DNA of 64,000 nucleotides from Candidatus Cloacimonadales bacterium (GCA_963674825.1 OY771587.1:1280001-1344000); one strand, 5' to 3'. Shown: positions 37,772 through 51,363, counted from the first letter of the stretch. Numbers and translations: made by a program. The notes: generated by a model not told the origin, from the sequence alone.

Positions 37772-38884
37772 TTGAAGAACAGGTATGGCTTCACATCGGC
37801 AATGATCTTGCTGGTTCTTGCAGCATCGGTATCCTGCCACGGTGAAGTCTATTACTGGGATATGGTAAATCTTCAGGCTGTGTCGGCTTCTGCATTGGGT
37901 CGCGGTGGCGATATTTCGGGCGGTGCATACATCTGGAGTCAGAATGCGCTCGATTTTTGGGATAATCCAGCCAAGCTCGGCTATGCAAGAGGATTATCTT
38001 ATGGGCATCTCGTTCATGATTACGACGATTCGCGCAACAGAAGAGCCGCCTGCATGACCCTGGGCTGGAAGGGAATCGGAATCTTGCTACCAGCGTACAA
38101 TGACTACCGGAAATTCGGGCATTCCCTCGATCACGATGACCACTACTACAAAGAAGACGTCTACGAGCGCACCGAGCGCTATGGATTGGGCGTCAATCTT
38201 CTCGAAGCACTCTTCAATCGCTTCCTCCCACAGAATCCGCTCATTTCCGAGGTCTCGGTTGGAGTCGCCTATCAGCGTTATATCTACGATTGGGGTGAAT
38301 TCACCCATTCCACGGAACAATCGACCATCAATCTCGGAGCGATGATCCGCATGGCACCCATTCAGTGGGGAGATTTTTCCTGCGAGATGGTCACCGGATT
38401 TACCTGGACCAACATTGATGAGAAGACAATCAGCTACTACAATCTTTATTACAGCGATAACGAATTCGAGTCTCCGCTGGTTTATGGCCTGAAATACTCG
38501 ATGGCAACAAAGGGATCGTATTGTCCCAACGATCTGCTTGACCGGATGAACCGCGATTTCTTTAATGAAATTGTCAGCGTGGCTTTTACCATGGACGACT
38601 ACGATATCGGCTATAAAGAGGATGAAGAGGACCGGCTTTCCATGGGAATCGAATTGAGCCTGCTGGAATGCCTTTACTTCCGAACCGGGACAATGAAGGT
38701 CGTCTATGAAGTGTACGATGATTCAGACTGGTCCGACTACGGATACGGCCTTCGGCTTCACTACCGCGATGCCGTTGAATTTCAATGGAATTGGGCACAG
38801 ACCCAGACCGATTTTGAGGATTATGAGATGTACGATTTCATGCTGCGCATCAACTTATTTGAGCTTGGAAATTTGAGGGACTAA
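37772..38884 (+). CDS. PorV/FadL-like outer-membrane barrel paralog 4
   Basis: GGAGG then TTG start; closest to paralog 3 (WDNPAKLGYA, MYDFMLRIN). Confidence 0.7.
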   Translation: MKNRYGFTSAMILLVLAASVSCHGEVYYWDMVNLQAVSASALGRGGDISGGAYIWSQNALDFWDNPAKLGYARGLSYGHLVHDYDDSRNRRAACMTLGWKGIGILLPAYNDYRKFGHSLDHDDHYYKEDVYERTERYGLGVNLLEALFNRFLPQNPLISEVSVGVAYQRYIYDWGEFTHSTEQSTINLGAMIRMAPIQWGDFSCEMVTGFTWTNIDEKTISYYNLYYSDNEFESPLVYGLKYSMATKGSYCPNDLLDRMNRDFFNEIVSVAFTMDDYDIGYKEDEEDRLSMGIELSLLECLYFRTGTMKVVYEVYDDSDWSDYGYGLRLHYRDAVEFQWNWAQTQTDFEDYEMYDFMLRINLFELGNLRD

Positions 38885-38885
38885 T

Positions 38886-39815
38886 ATGCTGAGAACTCTT
38901 ATCCTCGAGGCGATGCCGGAGCGATTCCATCGCGAGATCGAAGCACGTGGATGGCAGCAGTGGTTTCACAATGTTGAAGACCACCCGCTTGCCGATGGAG
39001 AGAATCCCGGCTGGCAGGCGATCATCATCCGCACGAAAACGCAGTTCGACCGGAGGATGTTCGAACGCTTCCCCGACCTGAAGCTACTCATTCGCGCCGG
39101 TACAGGCTTCGACAACATCGAGTTGGAAGCTGCTGGCGATATCGTCGTATGCAACACGCCGGAAGCCAATGCCACTGCGGCGGCAGAGCATACGCTGTCG
39201 TTTATCCTGGCGCTAATCAAAAACCTTCAGCAAGCCCGTCAGAATGTCCTGCAAGGGAAATGGCGCGACGGAATGCCGTTCAATATGGAATTCGACGAAC
39301 TCAGGGCACTGATTGTAGGCGTGGGGCGTGTCGGCGGAAGAGTCGCCAAAAGCCTGCAAGCGCTGGGCGCGTCAGTACGGGGTGTCGATCCGTATCTGAC
39401 GGATGACGAACGGCGTGCACGTGGAATCGAGTTCGTGAGCTACGAAGACGGCCTTAAGTGGTGCAACCTCATCAGCTTTCACTGTCCACTCACCGAGGAG
39501 ACTCGCGGCTATTTCAATGAACACCATCTGGATATCCCGACCAGCCCGATCTGGCTGGTCAACACCTCGCGCGGCGCGGTGGTATCTTGGGACGCAGCAG
39601 AAAAAGGCGTGCAAACCGGTAAAATCCTCGGCGCGGCACTGGATGTGTTCGATCCCGAACCGTGGCCTGCTACCCATTTCGCGCATGATCCAAGGATACT
39701 TCTATCACCCCATACGGGAGCTCGAACCGATGCAGCGCGTGAACGACTCGCTATCGAGACAATCGAGGTGTGGGAAGCTTTCGCGATCCACAACAAACCG
39801 ATTCATCGCGTGTGA
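38886..39815 (+). CDS. D-isomer-specific 2-hydroxyacid dehydrogenase (SerA-like, no ACT domain)
   Basis: RAGTGFDNI, NTP.AN..A.AEH, GVGRVG, NTSRG, LDVF..EP and SPH motifs. Confidence 0.9.
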   Translation: MLRTLILEAMPERFHREIEARGWQQWFHNVEDHPLADGENPGWQAIIIRTKTQFDRRMFERFPDLKLLIRAGTGFDNIELEAAGDIVVCNTPEANATAAAEHTLSFILALIKNLQQARQNVLQGKWRDGMPFNMEFDELRALIVGVGRVGGRVAKSLQALGASVRGVDPYLTDDERRARGIEFVSYEDGLKWCNLISFHCPLTEETRGYFNEHHLDIPTSPIWLVNTSRGAVVSWDAAEKGVQTGKILGAALDVFDPEPWPATHFAHDPRILLSPHTGARTDAARERLAIETIEVWEAFAIHNKPIHRV

Positions 39816-39929
39816 ATCACCCTTAAAAAAACGCACCTTCCCCACCTGACGTCCTGAGGTCTAATCCCAACAAATATTCGTCTTGACGGGATGACGCGAC
39901 TGCGATTATCGTTCTTCATGGTGAAACCT

Positions 39930-40511
39930 ATGAAAACAAAATGGATAGCAATTTTATTGATCGTCGCAGCGCTCGCAGCCTGCACACCGGGCTACATGCC
40001 CATTCGCGAAGGAAATGTACGCGTTCGCGAGGATATCGCCTTTATCGACACGCCAGACTACTCCATCGCGGTGCAGCCTGCCCTCTGGACCTACAAGCCA
40101 GATAACCTCTCCGACTATTACACAACTTTCATCATCCAGGTCGAGAACAAGACCAGGCACAGCATCAACGTGCAGCCAACCGATATCGTGCTGCTCAACG
40201 AAAACCGGCGACAATATGACCCGGTTTCCATCGACAGGATCATCAGTATGCTGGTGGATGAAGCACCCGCCTTACGACACTTCTCCGAAACCCCGGTCAA
40301 CCTCCGCGAAGAACAGGAATACGAGATGGACCGCTTGGAAGCGCGCCAGAAGCTGATGTCGGAGTCATTCCACTTTGGAGATATCAGCGCCAAGGCATCC
40401 AAGTCCGGGTATGTGTTTTTCCCAAAGGTTTCTCAGCGGAACATGCACCTTTCTTTTGTCTTCAAGGATCAGACGATCCGGTTCACACGCGAAAAGAAAG
40501 AAGAAAAATAA
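39930..40511 (+). CDS. Hypothetical lipoprotein
   Basis: MKTK.. signal peptide with lipobox LAAC. Confidence 0.75.
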   Translation: MKTKWIAILLIVAALAACTPGYMPIREGNVRVREDIAFIDTPDYSIAVQPALWTYKPDNLSDYYTTFIIQVENKTRHSINVQPTDIVLLNENRRQYDPVSIDRIISMLVDEAPALRHFSETPVNLREEQEYEMDRLEARQKLMSESFHFGDISAKASKSGYVFFPKVSQRNMHLSFVFKDQTIRFTREKKEEK

Positions 40512-40523
40512 ATTGGAGCTATA

Positions 40524-42059
40524 ATGAAGCATGAACTTGTCCTGATCCTCGATTTCGGATCGCAATACACGCAGTTGATCGCCAAGACGATCCGTAAAAT
40601 GAACATCTACTCTGAAATCGTCCCCTTCAATACACCATACGACGAGATCGTCGCCAAGGAGCCTCAAGCGCTGATCCTCTCAGGAAGTCCTTCCAGCGTA
40701 AACAGCCCGGAAGCCCCCATCCCCGATACACGCATCTTCGATCTGACCATCCCGATCCTGGGCGTCTGCTACGGCATGCAGCTTATGACCCATACACTTG
40801 GCGGAAGCGTAATTCGCTCCGACAAGAAGGAATACGGCTACGCAAAAATCCACGTGGAAAACCACGAATCACTCTTCAAAGGCCTTGCTGAAAACGAAGA
40901 TGTCTGGATGAGTCACGGTGATGCGGTTAAGCAGCTCCCCGATGGATTCCATCGAATCGCCTGGAGTGAAAACTCGCCTTACGCCGCCATCGCTCACAAC
41001 AGCAAGCCCATGTACGCCTTGCAGTTCCACCCAGAAGTGACGAACACAGCACACGGCTTTACAATGCTGGATAATTTTTGCACAATCGCCGGTTTCACCC
41101 GCGATTGGACCCCCGTATCGTTCATCGATGCCACCATCGACGCAATCCGTAAGCAAGTCGGAAGCGACAAGGTGATCCTCGGCCTTAGCGGCGGTGTGGA
41201 TTCATCTGTGGTCGGCGCGTTACTGCACAAGGCCATCGGTGAAAACCTCATCCCCATTCTGGTCGATACTGGCCTGCTGCGCATGAACGAAGCGCAGGAA
41301 GTGGAAGAGGCGTTCCAGGAAGCGTTCGGCATGAAGCTTATCGTCATCGACGCGGCAGAAGAATTCTACGCCCGGCTTGAAGGCGTCTCCGATCCTGAGA
41401 AAAAGCGCAAGATCATCGGTAACACCTTCATCGAGATCTTCGAGCGTGAGGCGGCCAAACATCCCGACGCGCACTACCTTGCGCAGGGAACGCTCTACCC
41501 GGATCTGATCGAAAGCGTATCGTTCAAGGGACCATCCGCAACCATTAAATCGCACCACAACGTCGGCGGCCTACCGGAGAAAATGAACCTGAAGCTGGTC
41601 GAGCCACTTCGGGAACTCTTCAAAGACGAGGTACGCGAGGTGGGCAGACAGCTTGGCCTTCCGGCAAAGCTTGTCGAACGGCACCCGTTCCCGGGTCCCG
41701 GCCTGGCGATCCGAATCATCGGCGATATCTCGCGAGAAAAGGTCGATGTCCTGCAGAAGATCGACGCAATCTTTATCGGCGAACTCTGGGAGAAGAATCT
41801 TTATCACACTACATGGCAGGCGTTTGCTGTGCTCCTCCCGGTGCAATCGGTGGGTGTAATGGGTGACGAACGCACTTACGAGAATGTCTGCGCCCTCCGC
41901 GCTGTAGGAAGCTCCGATGGCATGACAGCTGACTGGACGGAGCTGCCATACAGCTTCCTCAAACGCGTCTCAAACCGTATTATCAACGAAGTCCAGGGAG
42001 TCAACCGGGTGGTCTATGACATCAGTTCAAAGCCACCTGCAACCATCGAGTGGGAATAA
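40524..42059 (+). CDS. guaA: GMP synthase (glutamine-hydrolysing)
   Basis: [26 protein letters not shown] and KPPATIEWE motifs. Confidence 0.98.
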   Translation: MKHELVLILDFGSQYTQLIAKTIRKMNIYSEIVPFNTPYDEIVAKEPQALILSGSPSSVNSPEAPIPDTRIFDLTIPILGVCYGMQLMTHTLGGSVIRSDKKEYGYAKIHVENHESLFKGLAENEDVWMSHGDAVKQLPDGFHRIAWSENSPYAAIAHNSKPMYALQFHPEVTNTAHGFTMLDNFCTIAGFTRDWTPVSFIDATIDAIRKQVGSDKVILGLSGGVDSSVVGALLHKAIGENLIPILVDTGLLRMNEAQEVEEAFQEAFGMKLIVIDAAEEFYARLEGVSDPEKKRKIIGNTFIEIFEREAAKHPDAHYLAQGTLYPDLIESVSFKGPSATIKSHHNVGGLPEKMNLKLVEPLRELFKDEVREVGRQLGLPAKLVERHPFPGPGLAIRIIGDISREKVDVLQKIDAIFIGELWEKNLYHTTWQAFAVLLPVQSVGVMGDERTYENVCALRAVGSSDGMTADWTELPYSFLKRVSNRIINEVQGVNRVVYDISSKPPATIEWE

Positions 42060-42060
42060 T

Positions 42061-44892
42061 ATGCGCAAGATTTTCATCGCCCTGATCCTTCTGGGAACGC
42101 TGTCTCTAAGCGCCCAAGTCGTTGCCCGTGTGGGTAAATATTACGTTACTGAATCCAGCTTGGAAGAGGAAATCGATTACCTCTTCGACATGCAACGCAC
42201 GCCGAGTACTTACTACGCGCTACGCCGACAGGCTATGGATAATCTGATCGAAGAGAAGCTGATGGCCAGTTTCGCGGACGAATATGGTATCATCGTCGAC
42301 AGCAGCGAGGTGGAAGCCTATTTCATCAATGAATACGGTGATCATCCGCAGTTCCAGGAAAATGGCGCGTTCAGCTACCTGAAGTTCAAGAGGCTTTTGC
42401 AAAAGCCACGTATGCAAAAGATATGGCAGGATCTCTACAACGATCTTCTTTTCAGCAAGACCAGGAAGATTATCGAAGAGAGCTTCGACCTCACGGACGA
42501 GATGATCCGCGACCAGTTCGTAACCAGCAGCTTCCAGTTTGACATCGGCTATATCACCATCGATGGTGAACTGCTTGACGTCCCGCAAGGTTGCACGCTG
42601 GAAGGCGCAATGAAGTTTTACCAGAAAAATTACCAACGATATAAATCACCCAAACAGGTACGTCTGGAACTATATGTAATGCAAGATGACGCTCTGCCCT
42701 TGCCCCCAGAAGTGAGCGAGGCGGATCTGATGGAAATCTACCTGCCGCTGGCCTCTGTCAAGCCGCTGGACGAAGTTCGAGATAGCCTTGTCGCGCTACT
42801 CACCGTTCGCAACCGGCATCAGGCTGTGCTGGACTCTCTCGAAATTATACGTCAACTGGTGGAAAACAACAGGCCCTCACCAATATCACCCGTTTTGACC
42901 GATTATCTGGAGTATTCTGGGACAATTGGTGATTTCGAGCAATCCAGGCAAATCCTCGAACGCGCATTCGAGCTCGATGAGCGAAGCGTATCCGAGATCT
43001 TCGATATCGGGTTCGGAAGCATGTTCTTCCGCGTGCTGGATATCATTGAACCACGATCGGAACTCACTCCGGAAGTCGGCATGAAGGCGTGGAAGGATTA
43101 CATCGAAGATGCAGCCACTATGCAGAACGCCGGCGATTTCCGCGAATACTATTACCAGAATATCGATCGCTTTATCGTACCGGCTGCTTACGTGACGCGG
43201 ATCGTGGTCAACCCTGAGAAATATCGCTCACAGATCGACATCCCGGAAGCGGCATTGCAGCAATACTATCGTTCGAACCGGCAGGAGTTCAACCGCCGGG
43301 GAAGAACGATGTCCTATGATGATGCACGTGAACTTATCCTCGAAAAGATGCAGAATCAGGCAATTCAGGAACGGCTCGAAGAGATCCGCGGCAGTGTCCT
43401 GCCCGTCCTGCGTGACGACTCCACCCTCAAAGCCCTTCAAGCAGAAATGGGTTTCAATATGGACAGAGCCATCGTTTTCATGGAGCGACTGGAAAACGTG
43501 GAACCGATCGACGACTACATCGCCTATGCTATCAAACGCAATCCAGACGCTTCCAGTGGTGTACTGAACTATCGCGACAACCTGGTGATCTACCGCCTCG
43601 ACTCAGTATTTCCGGAATACATCCCATCTTACGAACAGATTCAGAGCCAGTTGCCCGGTATTAAACAGGAGATCACTCCTGCTGATACCTCTGCTTATCG
43701 GCTTTTCTACGACCGCAACCTGAGCTATTTCACCACCCCAGACAGCCTCAGCATTGGTGGTGCGCTCTTCCCGCTCGAGACAGACTCGGTGTATGTCTCC
43801 GATATCGAGGTGAAGAACTATTTCCAGAAGCACAAAAAAGAGTTCTATATGTCGCCACGCGTCGACTATGAGGCGTTCTTCCTGCGTGATCCGAACGGAA
43901 CCCGGCAGGAATATCTGCAATACCTCTACAGCTACGCCAGTCGGGAAAAAAGCCTCAAGCTGCTTCAGAAGCTTGTCGGTTCAGAATACAAAGCGCCCAT
44001 GTCCGGCTCAGCGTACTTAGATGAGCTGCCTGTTGAGATGCGCAACGCGTTGGAAGATATCTATAGCAATGAAGTCTCGGAACCCATCTTCGTTGATGAC
44101 GGATGGCTGATGGTTATGAAAACCGGATCAAAAGCCGCTGGTGCAGCACAGTTCTACGAAGTAAGAGAAAGCATTCGCCACAAGCTCGAACTGCGTGAAG
44201 CGGACAGTCTCGCATATAAAAAGGCACGCTATATCTTTGACAACGCCAACTACTTTTCCGATGTGCTGACGCTGACTGATAGCACATATATCTACGACAC
44301 GGAAAAGAAAGCCATCGACGAAGATTTCGAACCCTTCGGTAGCGTGTGGGAATTCCGCCAACGCTTCATGCAGCTATATCGTAACGAAAAATACACCAGC
44401 GTCGTCAAAACACGAAACGGTTACGCAGTGCTCTTCATGCGTAAAAAGAAGTACGGACAGCAAATTCCGTATCTGGACGCGCTACCACAGATTCGCAACA
44501 TGTACGAGGACGAAACCCGTAAGAAACAGCGCAAAGAGTTCCTCATCCAGCTCCTTCAACAGCTTCGGAGTGGCGAAAACGATGAATCTCAACTGGTATT
44601 CCTCGGCGAATGGAAGCACGCTTATGATTTAACCATCGATGGTGAAATTCCGGGTGTCGAATATAGCGAATACATCCTTGCCGATGCCGCCAAGAAAGCC
44701 AAGGGTGAGTACAGTTACCCGATCCGCTTGCAGGACGACAGCTATCTGCTCTATCGCGTGGAAAATGCACACAAGACCGATCGGGCCAGCATCGAAAAAG
44801 ACCTCAAGAGCTTCAAGAAAGCCCTTCTTCAGAAGAAGTTTGAGGACTGGATGCACGAATATCGCGCAACGGTGGGCGTCGAAATCTATTAG
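42061..44892 (+). CDS. SurA/PpiD-like periplasmic chaperone with degenerate parvulin-like repeats
   Basis: Signal peptide, VVARVG, LIEEKLM, repeated VSE(I/P) and F.EVR..I segments, C-terminal LLQKKFEDWMHEYR..VEI. Confidence 0.65.
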   Translation: MRKIFIALILLGTLSLSAQVVARVGKYYVTESSLEEEIDYLFDMQRTPSTYYALRRQAMDNLIEEKLMASFADEYGIIVDSSEVEAYFINEYGDHPQFQENGAFSYLKFKRLLQKPRMQKIWQDLYNDLLFSKTRKIIEESFDLTDEMIRDQFVTSSFQFDIGYITIDGELLDVPQGCTLEGAMKFYQKNYQRYKSPKQVRLELYVMQDDALPLPPEVSEADLMEIYLPLASVKPLDEVRDSLVALLTVRNRHQAVLDSLEIIRQLVENNRPSPISPVLTDYLEYSGTIGDFEQSRQILERAFELDERSVSEIFDIGFGSMFFRVLDIIEPRSELTPEVGMKAWKDYIEDAATMQNAGDFREYYYQNIDRFIVPAAYVTRIVVNPEKYRSQIDIPEAALQQYYRSNRQEFNRRGRTMSYDDARELILEKMQNQAIQERLEEIRGSVLPVLRDDSTLKALQAEMGFNMDRAIVFMERLENVEPIDDYIAYAIKRNPDASSGVLNYRDNLVIYRLDSVFPEYIPSYEQIQSQLPGIKQEITPADTSAYRLFYDRNLSYFTTPDSLSIGGALFPLETDSVYVSDIEVKNYFQKHKKEFYMSPRVDYEAFFLRDPNGTRQEYLQYLYSYASREKSLKLLQKLVGSEYKAPMSGSAYLDELPVEMRNALEDIYSNEVSEPIFVDDGWLMVMKTGSKAAGAAQFYEVRESIRHKLELREADSLAYKKARYIFDNANYFSDVLTLTDSTYIYDTEKKAIDEDFEPFGSVWEFRQRFMQLYRNEKYTSVVKTRNGYAVLFMRKKKYGQQIPYLDALPQIRNMYEDETRKKQRKEFLIQLLQQLRSGENDESQLVFLGEWKHAYDLTIDGEIPGVEYSEYILADAAKKAKGEYSYPIRLQDDSYLLYRVENAHKTDRASIEKDLKSFKKALLQKKFEDWMHEYRATVGVEIY

Positions 44893-44895
44893 ATT

Positions 44896-46977
44896 ATGAA
44901 TCCCTGGAAGGAAGAAATACTTTATCTCAAGGGCGTTGGTGAGCATCGCGCCCAGCTTCTGGCAAAGCTCGACATCCAAAGCGTGGGCGATCTGCTGGAA
45001 TGCTTTCCGCGAGCCTACATCAATCGTCAGACCATGCAGCGTATCCACGATTTGCAAGTGGATCAGCAGTGCGCAGTCGTTGGGAAAATCCAGCTTATCG
45101 ACGAACATCGCACCGCTCGCGGACGTAAACAGCTCAACGTCTCCATCACAGACGGCGAATCGGTGCTGATGTGCACCTGGTTCCGCTACGGGCAATGGAT
45201 AACCAAGCAGCTCCAGGAAGGAGCATCCATCTGGGTTTCGGGTATGGTGAGCGGTTTCCAGGGCCTTCCGCAAATCATCCATCCAGAATATGAGATTCTC
45301 GACGATGACGACAGCCCCGATGACTTCTGGAAAAATCGCGTCCTGCTGCCCATTTACCCGCTTACAGACAAGCTCACCGTCACCACGATGCGCAAACTGG
45401 TGGTCAACGCCTTCAGTAAATTCCATAGTGATATCCCGGAAATCCTTCCGCAGCATATTATTGAGCACTACGATTTTCCACCACGAAAGGCCGCACTCGA
45501 GAAAATGCATTTCCCCGTTCCGGAGACCGACGTCGAGACAGTTCGGCACAGGTTCATTTACGAAGAGTTCTTCTATCATCAATTATTGCTGGCTCGCGTT
45601 TACGGTGACCGCAAGAAGCAGCCACAAGGCGTATCTCTGCCTGTACAGAAGACCTTCACCACAGCCCTGAAGAACAGCCTTCCTTTCCGACTAACCAATG
45701 CCCAGAAGCGCGTGATTCGCGAGATCGTTCAGGACATGGAATCTCCCAGCCAAATGAATCGCCTCCTGCAAGGCGACGTTGGATCGGGAAAGACCATCGT
45801 GACACTTTTCGCCATGCTGCTGGCTGTCGAAAACGGATACCAGGCGGTACTCATGGCCCCAACGGAGATTCTGGCCGAACAGCACTATCACAGCGCAATC
45901 GCTTTGCTTAAAAACCAGCCGGAGCTGCGCATCGCGCTCATCAAAGGTGGTAATTACAAGGGCAAGAAAGCAATGCTGGAAAAGATCGCAGCCGGAGAGA
46001 TCAACCTGATTTTCGGCACCCACGCGCTCATCCAGAAAAACGTTCACTTCCACAATGTCGGCTTCGTCTGCATCGACGAGCAACACCGTTTCGGTGTAAA
46101 CCAGCGCGCGCTTCTAAGCGAAAAGGGCATGAAGCCGAACCTCCTGCATATGTCCGCTACACCTATCCCGCGCTCACTGGCAATGACCGCTTTCGGTGAT
46201 CTTGATGTCAGCATTATCGACGAGATGCCGCCTGGTCGTAAACCCATCCAGACTTCCTACAAGAAGCAAGAGCAGAAGTACGAGGTCTATAACGAGATTC
46301 GCAAAGCGCTCCGCAAAGGTCGTCAGGCATATCTAGTCTGCCCGTTGGTGGAGGAATCCGACAAGAGCTACTTACTTGATTCGGAGACGCTCTACAAGGA
46401 TGTTTCGGAGAATATCTTTCCGGAATTCAAGTCGGCTCTACTGCATGGGAGGATGAAGTCACTGGAGAAAGACGAAATCATGCAGGCATTCAAGGAGCGG
46501 AAGTTCTCTATCCTGGTGGCGACTACGGTAATCGAGGTGGGTATCGATGTACCCAACGCGACCATTATGGTGATCGAGCACGCGGAACGGTTCGGGCTCA
46601 GTCAGTTGCATCAGCTCAGAGGGCGGGTTGGACGCGGTGCGGAGCAGTCGTCCTGCTTTCTGATCTACTATCCGCCTATTTCGAAGAACGGCTGGGAACG
46701 CATCTCCACCATGGCGAAAACCAATGACGGTTTCGATATCGCCGAGAAGGACCTCGACCTGCGCGGTCCTGGAGATTTCTTCGGGACGAAGCAGTCCGGC
46801 ATGCCAGATTTCCGGCACGCGAACTTGCTTCGGCACCAGGATTGGCTCAAGCTCGCCCGTAAGGATGCTTTCGACCTCATCAGCGACGATCCCAAGCTCG
46901 ATAAACCGGAGAACCTACCCGTGAAAGAGCATTACGCCGCGTTTTACGTTGAGCGGGAGAAGTTGTTTAAGTATTAG
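44896..46977 (+). CDS. recG: ATP-dependent DNA helicase RecG
   Basis: LKGVG, RLLQGDVGSGKT, DEQHRFG, SATPIPR and QLHQLRGRVGRG motifs. Confidence 0.98.
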   Translation: MNPWKEEILYLKGVGEHRAQLLAKLDIQSVGDLLECFPRAYINRQTMQRIHDLQVDQQCAVVGKIQLIDEHRTARGRKQLNVSITDGESVLMCTWFRYGQWITKQLQEGASIWVSGMVSGFQGLPQIIHPEYEILDDDDSPDDFWKNRVLLPIYPLTDKLTVTTMRKLVVNAFSKFHSDIPEILPQHIIEHYDFPPRKAALEKMHFPVPETDVETVRHRFIYEEFFYHQLLLARVYGDRKKQPQGVSLPVQKTFTTALKNSLPFRLTNAQKRVIREIVQDMESPSQMNRLLQGDVGSGKTIVTLFAMLLAVENGYQAVLMAPTEILAEQHYHSAIALLKNQPELRIALIKGGNYKGKKAMLEKIAAGEINLIFGTHALIQKNVHFHNVGFVCIDEQHRFGVNQRALLSEKGMKPNLLHMSATPIPRSLAMTAFGDLDVSIIDEMPPGRKPIQTSYKKQEQKYEVYNEIRKALRKGRQAYLVCPLVEESDKSYLLDSETLYKDVSENIFPEFKSALLHGRMKSLEKDEIMQAFKERKFSILVATTVIEVGIDVPNATIMVIEHAERFGLSQLHQLRGRVGRGAEQSSCFLIYYPPISKNGWERISTMAKTNDGFDIAEKDLDLRGPGDFFGTKQSGMPDFRHANLLRHQDWLKLARKDAFDLISDDPKLDKPENLPVKEHYAAFYVEREKLFKY

Positions 46978-47055
46978 CCTGGATGAGAAAGACGTCCAGG
47001 TTGCATATTTTCCATTTTCCTAAAGTAACGTATCATGAATGACTGAGAGATAAGA

Positions 47056-47084
47056 GACGCAGACGAGGACGTCTGCGTACCCAG
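47056..47084 (-). repeat. REP-like palindrome, second copy of 9418-9446
   Basis: Reverse complement matches 9418-9446 at 28/29 nt. Confidence 0.85.
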
Positions 47085-47090
47085 AAATAT

Positions 47091-47120
47091 AAAACACCCG
47101 ATCGTGATGACCGGGCGTTT
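47091..47120 (-). terminator. Terminator of the atp operon
   Basis: ACGCCCGGTC/GATCGGGTGT stem followed by a T run on the minus strand. Confidence 0.7.
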
Positions 47121-47149
47121 GTATTATATCGAATCCTAACGGATATTCG

Positions 47150-48959
<1,810 letters not shown>

Positions 48960-48985
48960 CTATCGGATACGTTCTTTCAATTTCA

Positions 48986-49843
48986 CTACTGGTTAATTGC
49001 TTCCGCGCCGGAGGCCACCTCGATAATCTCGGTGGTAATGCTCGCCTGGCGCGCACGATTGTAATGTAACGTTAATTCACCGATCATCTCGGTGGCGTTG
49101 TCGGTAGCGCTTTCCATCGCCGTCATACGAGCGCCCTGTTCCGCAGCAGACGATTCCAGAAGGATTCGCCACACTTCGACATCCAGATACTTACGTCCCA
49201 ACTCGGTGATGATGGTATCCTCGTCAGGTTCATACAGGTAGTCGATATTCGATACGATCTCCGATTCGAGCGGAATGATCGGCAGAATCTGCTTGAATAC
49301 GATATCCTGCTGGATGGCGGATTTGAATTCGTTGTAGAGGACACGAACCCGGTTGTAGCCTTTGTTCAGGTACAAATCGAGGAACAGGTCGGCAATCTCT
49401 TTGGATTGTGAGAAATTCATCTCGTTGAAGAGCCCCGTATAGTGCGCGATCATGTTGTCTGTGCGCTTTTTCAGGTGGTCGTAGCACTTCTTACCGATAC
49501 AGATGATGTCTTCGTCCTCGGTTGTGTCTTCGAGCAGGCGCGTTGCTTCGCGGATGATGCTGGTATTGAAGGAACCGCACAGTCCGCGGTCGGCGGTGAC
49601 GACGACCATGAGCGTCTTGCCGCCCTCTTCGGGTTCGACCAGGAGAGGATGCTGCGACTGAGCGTTCTTGACCTTCAGCGTACGCAGCATGGTATCGATA
49701 TAGTTGGCATAGGGTCGCGCGGCGATAATTCGCTGCTGAGCCTTACGCAGATAGGCGGCGGAGATCATCTTCATCGCGTTGGTGATCTGCCGCGTATTCT
49801 TGACGCTGTCGATCCTGGTCTTGATATCGCGTAAGTTTGCCAT
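48986..49843 (-). CDS. atpG: F1 ATP synthase gamma subunit
   Basis: QITNAMKM, DRGLCG and RQASITTE motifs. Confidence 0.98.
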   Translation of the reverse strand: MANLRDIKTRIDSVKNTRQITNAMKMISAAYLRKAQQRIIAARPYANYIDTMLRTLKVKNAQSQHPLLVEPEEGGKTLMVVVTADRGLCGSFNTSIIREATRLLEDTTEDEDIICIGKKCYDHLKKRTDNMIAHYTGLFNEMNFSQSKEIADLFLDLYLNKGYNRVRVLYNEFKSAIQQDIVFKQILPIIPLESEIVSNIDYLYEPDEDTIITELGRKYLDVEVWRILLESSAAEQGARMTAMESATDNATEMIGELTLHYNRARQASITTEIIEVASGAEAINQ

Positions 49844-49854
49844 GATTTATCCTG

Positions 49855-51363
49855 TTAGGCCTTGAATTTCTCGACGACTTTCTTGCACACAGCGTGCATT
49901 TTATCTTTGAGTTCGTCGTTGAGCTTGGATGCTCCCACGATTTCCTTCATGATGTCCTGATATTCGGACTCAAGGGTCAGGTTGAGCTCGTGCTCCACAT
50001 CTTTAACCTTGTGAATATCGATTTCATCAAGGTAGCCCTGATTACCCATGAAGATAATGAAGATCTGCTTCGCAACCGAAAGCGGCTGATATTGGGGTTG
50101 TTTGAGGATTTCACGCAGACGCTCGCCACGACGCAACTGGTGCAGCGTTACCTTGTCGAGATCAGATCCGAACTTCGCAAACGCTTCCAATTCGGCATAC
50201 TGTGCCAGATCCATACGGAGCTGGCCGGTAACGGCCTTCATGAGCTTGATCTGTGCGCTACCACCAACACGGGAAACAGAAATACCCGCGTTGATCGCCG
50301 GACGGATACCGGCATAGAAGAGCCGGTTACTAAGATAAATCTGACCGTCGGTGATGGAGATCACGTTGGTGGGAATGTACGCGGTAACGTCGTCCGCTTG
50401 AGTTTCAATAATCGGTAGTGCTGTAAGCGAACCGCCACCCAATTCGTTGTTGAGCTTGGATGCGCGCTCGAGCAGTCTCGAATGCAGGTAGAAAACATCT
50501 CCGGGATATGCTTCACGTCCTGGTGGACGGCGCAGAAGCAGCGAGATTTCACGATATGCGACCGCGTGCTTGGAGAGGTCGTCGTAGATGACCAAAGCAT
50601 GCTTGCCGTTATCGCGGAAGTACTCGCCGATGGAGCAGCCTGCGTAGGGCGCAAGATACTGGAGCGCAGCAGGCTCTGAAGCCGAAGCGGAAACGATAAT
50701 GGTGTAATCCATCGCGCCGTTGGCTTTCAGGGTTTCTACAATCTTCGCGACAGAAGATTTTTTCTGACCGATTGCCACGTAGATACAGTACATATCGGTC
50801 TCTTTCTGGTTGATGATGGTATCAATTGCGATAGCCGTCTTACCTGTCTGGCGGTCACCGATGATCAGCTCGCGCTGTCCGCGTCCGATGGGGATCATGG
50901 AGTCGATCGCCTTCAGACCGGTCTGGAGCGGTTCTTTCACCGGCTGCCGCTGGATAACGCCCAGCGCTTTACGTTCGATGGGAAAAGTCTTATCTGTCTT
51001 GATGTCGCCCTTTCCGTCGATCGGATGACCCAGCGCGTTCACCACGCGACCGAGCATGGCATCGCCAACCGGGACCTGAAGGATCTTCTTGGTCCGGCGG
51101 ACAATGTCGCCTTCCTTGATATAGTGCGTATCGCCGAAGACGATGCAGCCTATGTTGTCTTCTTCCAGATTCAGCGCCATTCCATAGATGTCGTTGGGGA
51201 ACAGCACCATCTCGCCTGCCATCACGTTTTCCATTCCGAAAACGCGAGCGATACCGTCACCAACCATGACCACTTTACCGGTCTCGGCGATGTCGATATC
51301 AAATTTGAAACTGTCGATCTTTTGCTTTATGATCGAGCTGACTTCATCGGGATGTATCTTCAT
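49855..51363 (-). CDS. atpA: F1 ATP synthase alpha subunit
   Basis: GDRQTGKT and [21 protein letters not shown] motifs. Confidence 0.99.
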   Translation of the reverse strand: MKIHPDEVSSIIKQKIDSFKFDIDIAETGKVVMVGDGIARVFGMENVMAGEMVLFPNDIYGMALNLEEDNIGCIVFGDTHYIKEGDIVRRTKKILQVPVGDAMLGRVVNALGHPIDGKGDIKTDKTFPIERKALGVIQRQPVKEPLQTGLKAIDSMIPIGRGQRELIIGDRQTGKTAIAIDTIINQKETDMYCIYVAIGQKKSSVAKIVETLKANGAMDYTIIVSASASEPAALQYLAPYAGCSIGEYFRDNGKHALVIYDDLSKHAVAYREISLLLRRPPGREAYPGDVFYLHSRLLERASKLNNELGGGSLTALPIIETQADDVTAYIPTNVISITDGQIYLSNRLFYAGIRPAINAGISVSRVGGSAQIKLMKAVTGQLRMDLAQYAELEAFAKFGSDLDKVTLHQLRRGERLREILKQPQYQPLSVAKQIFIIFMGNQGYLDEIDIHKVKDVEHELNLTLESEYQDIMKEIVGASKLNDELKDKMHAVCKKVVEKFKA

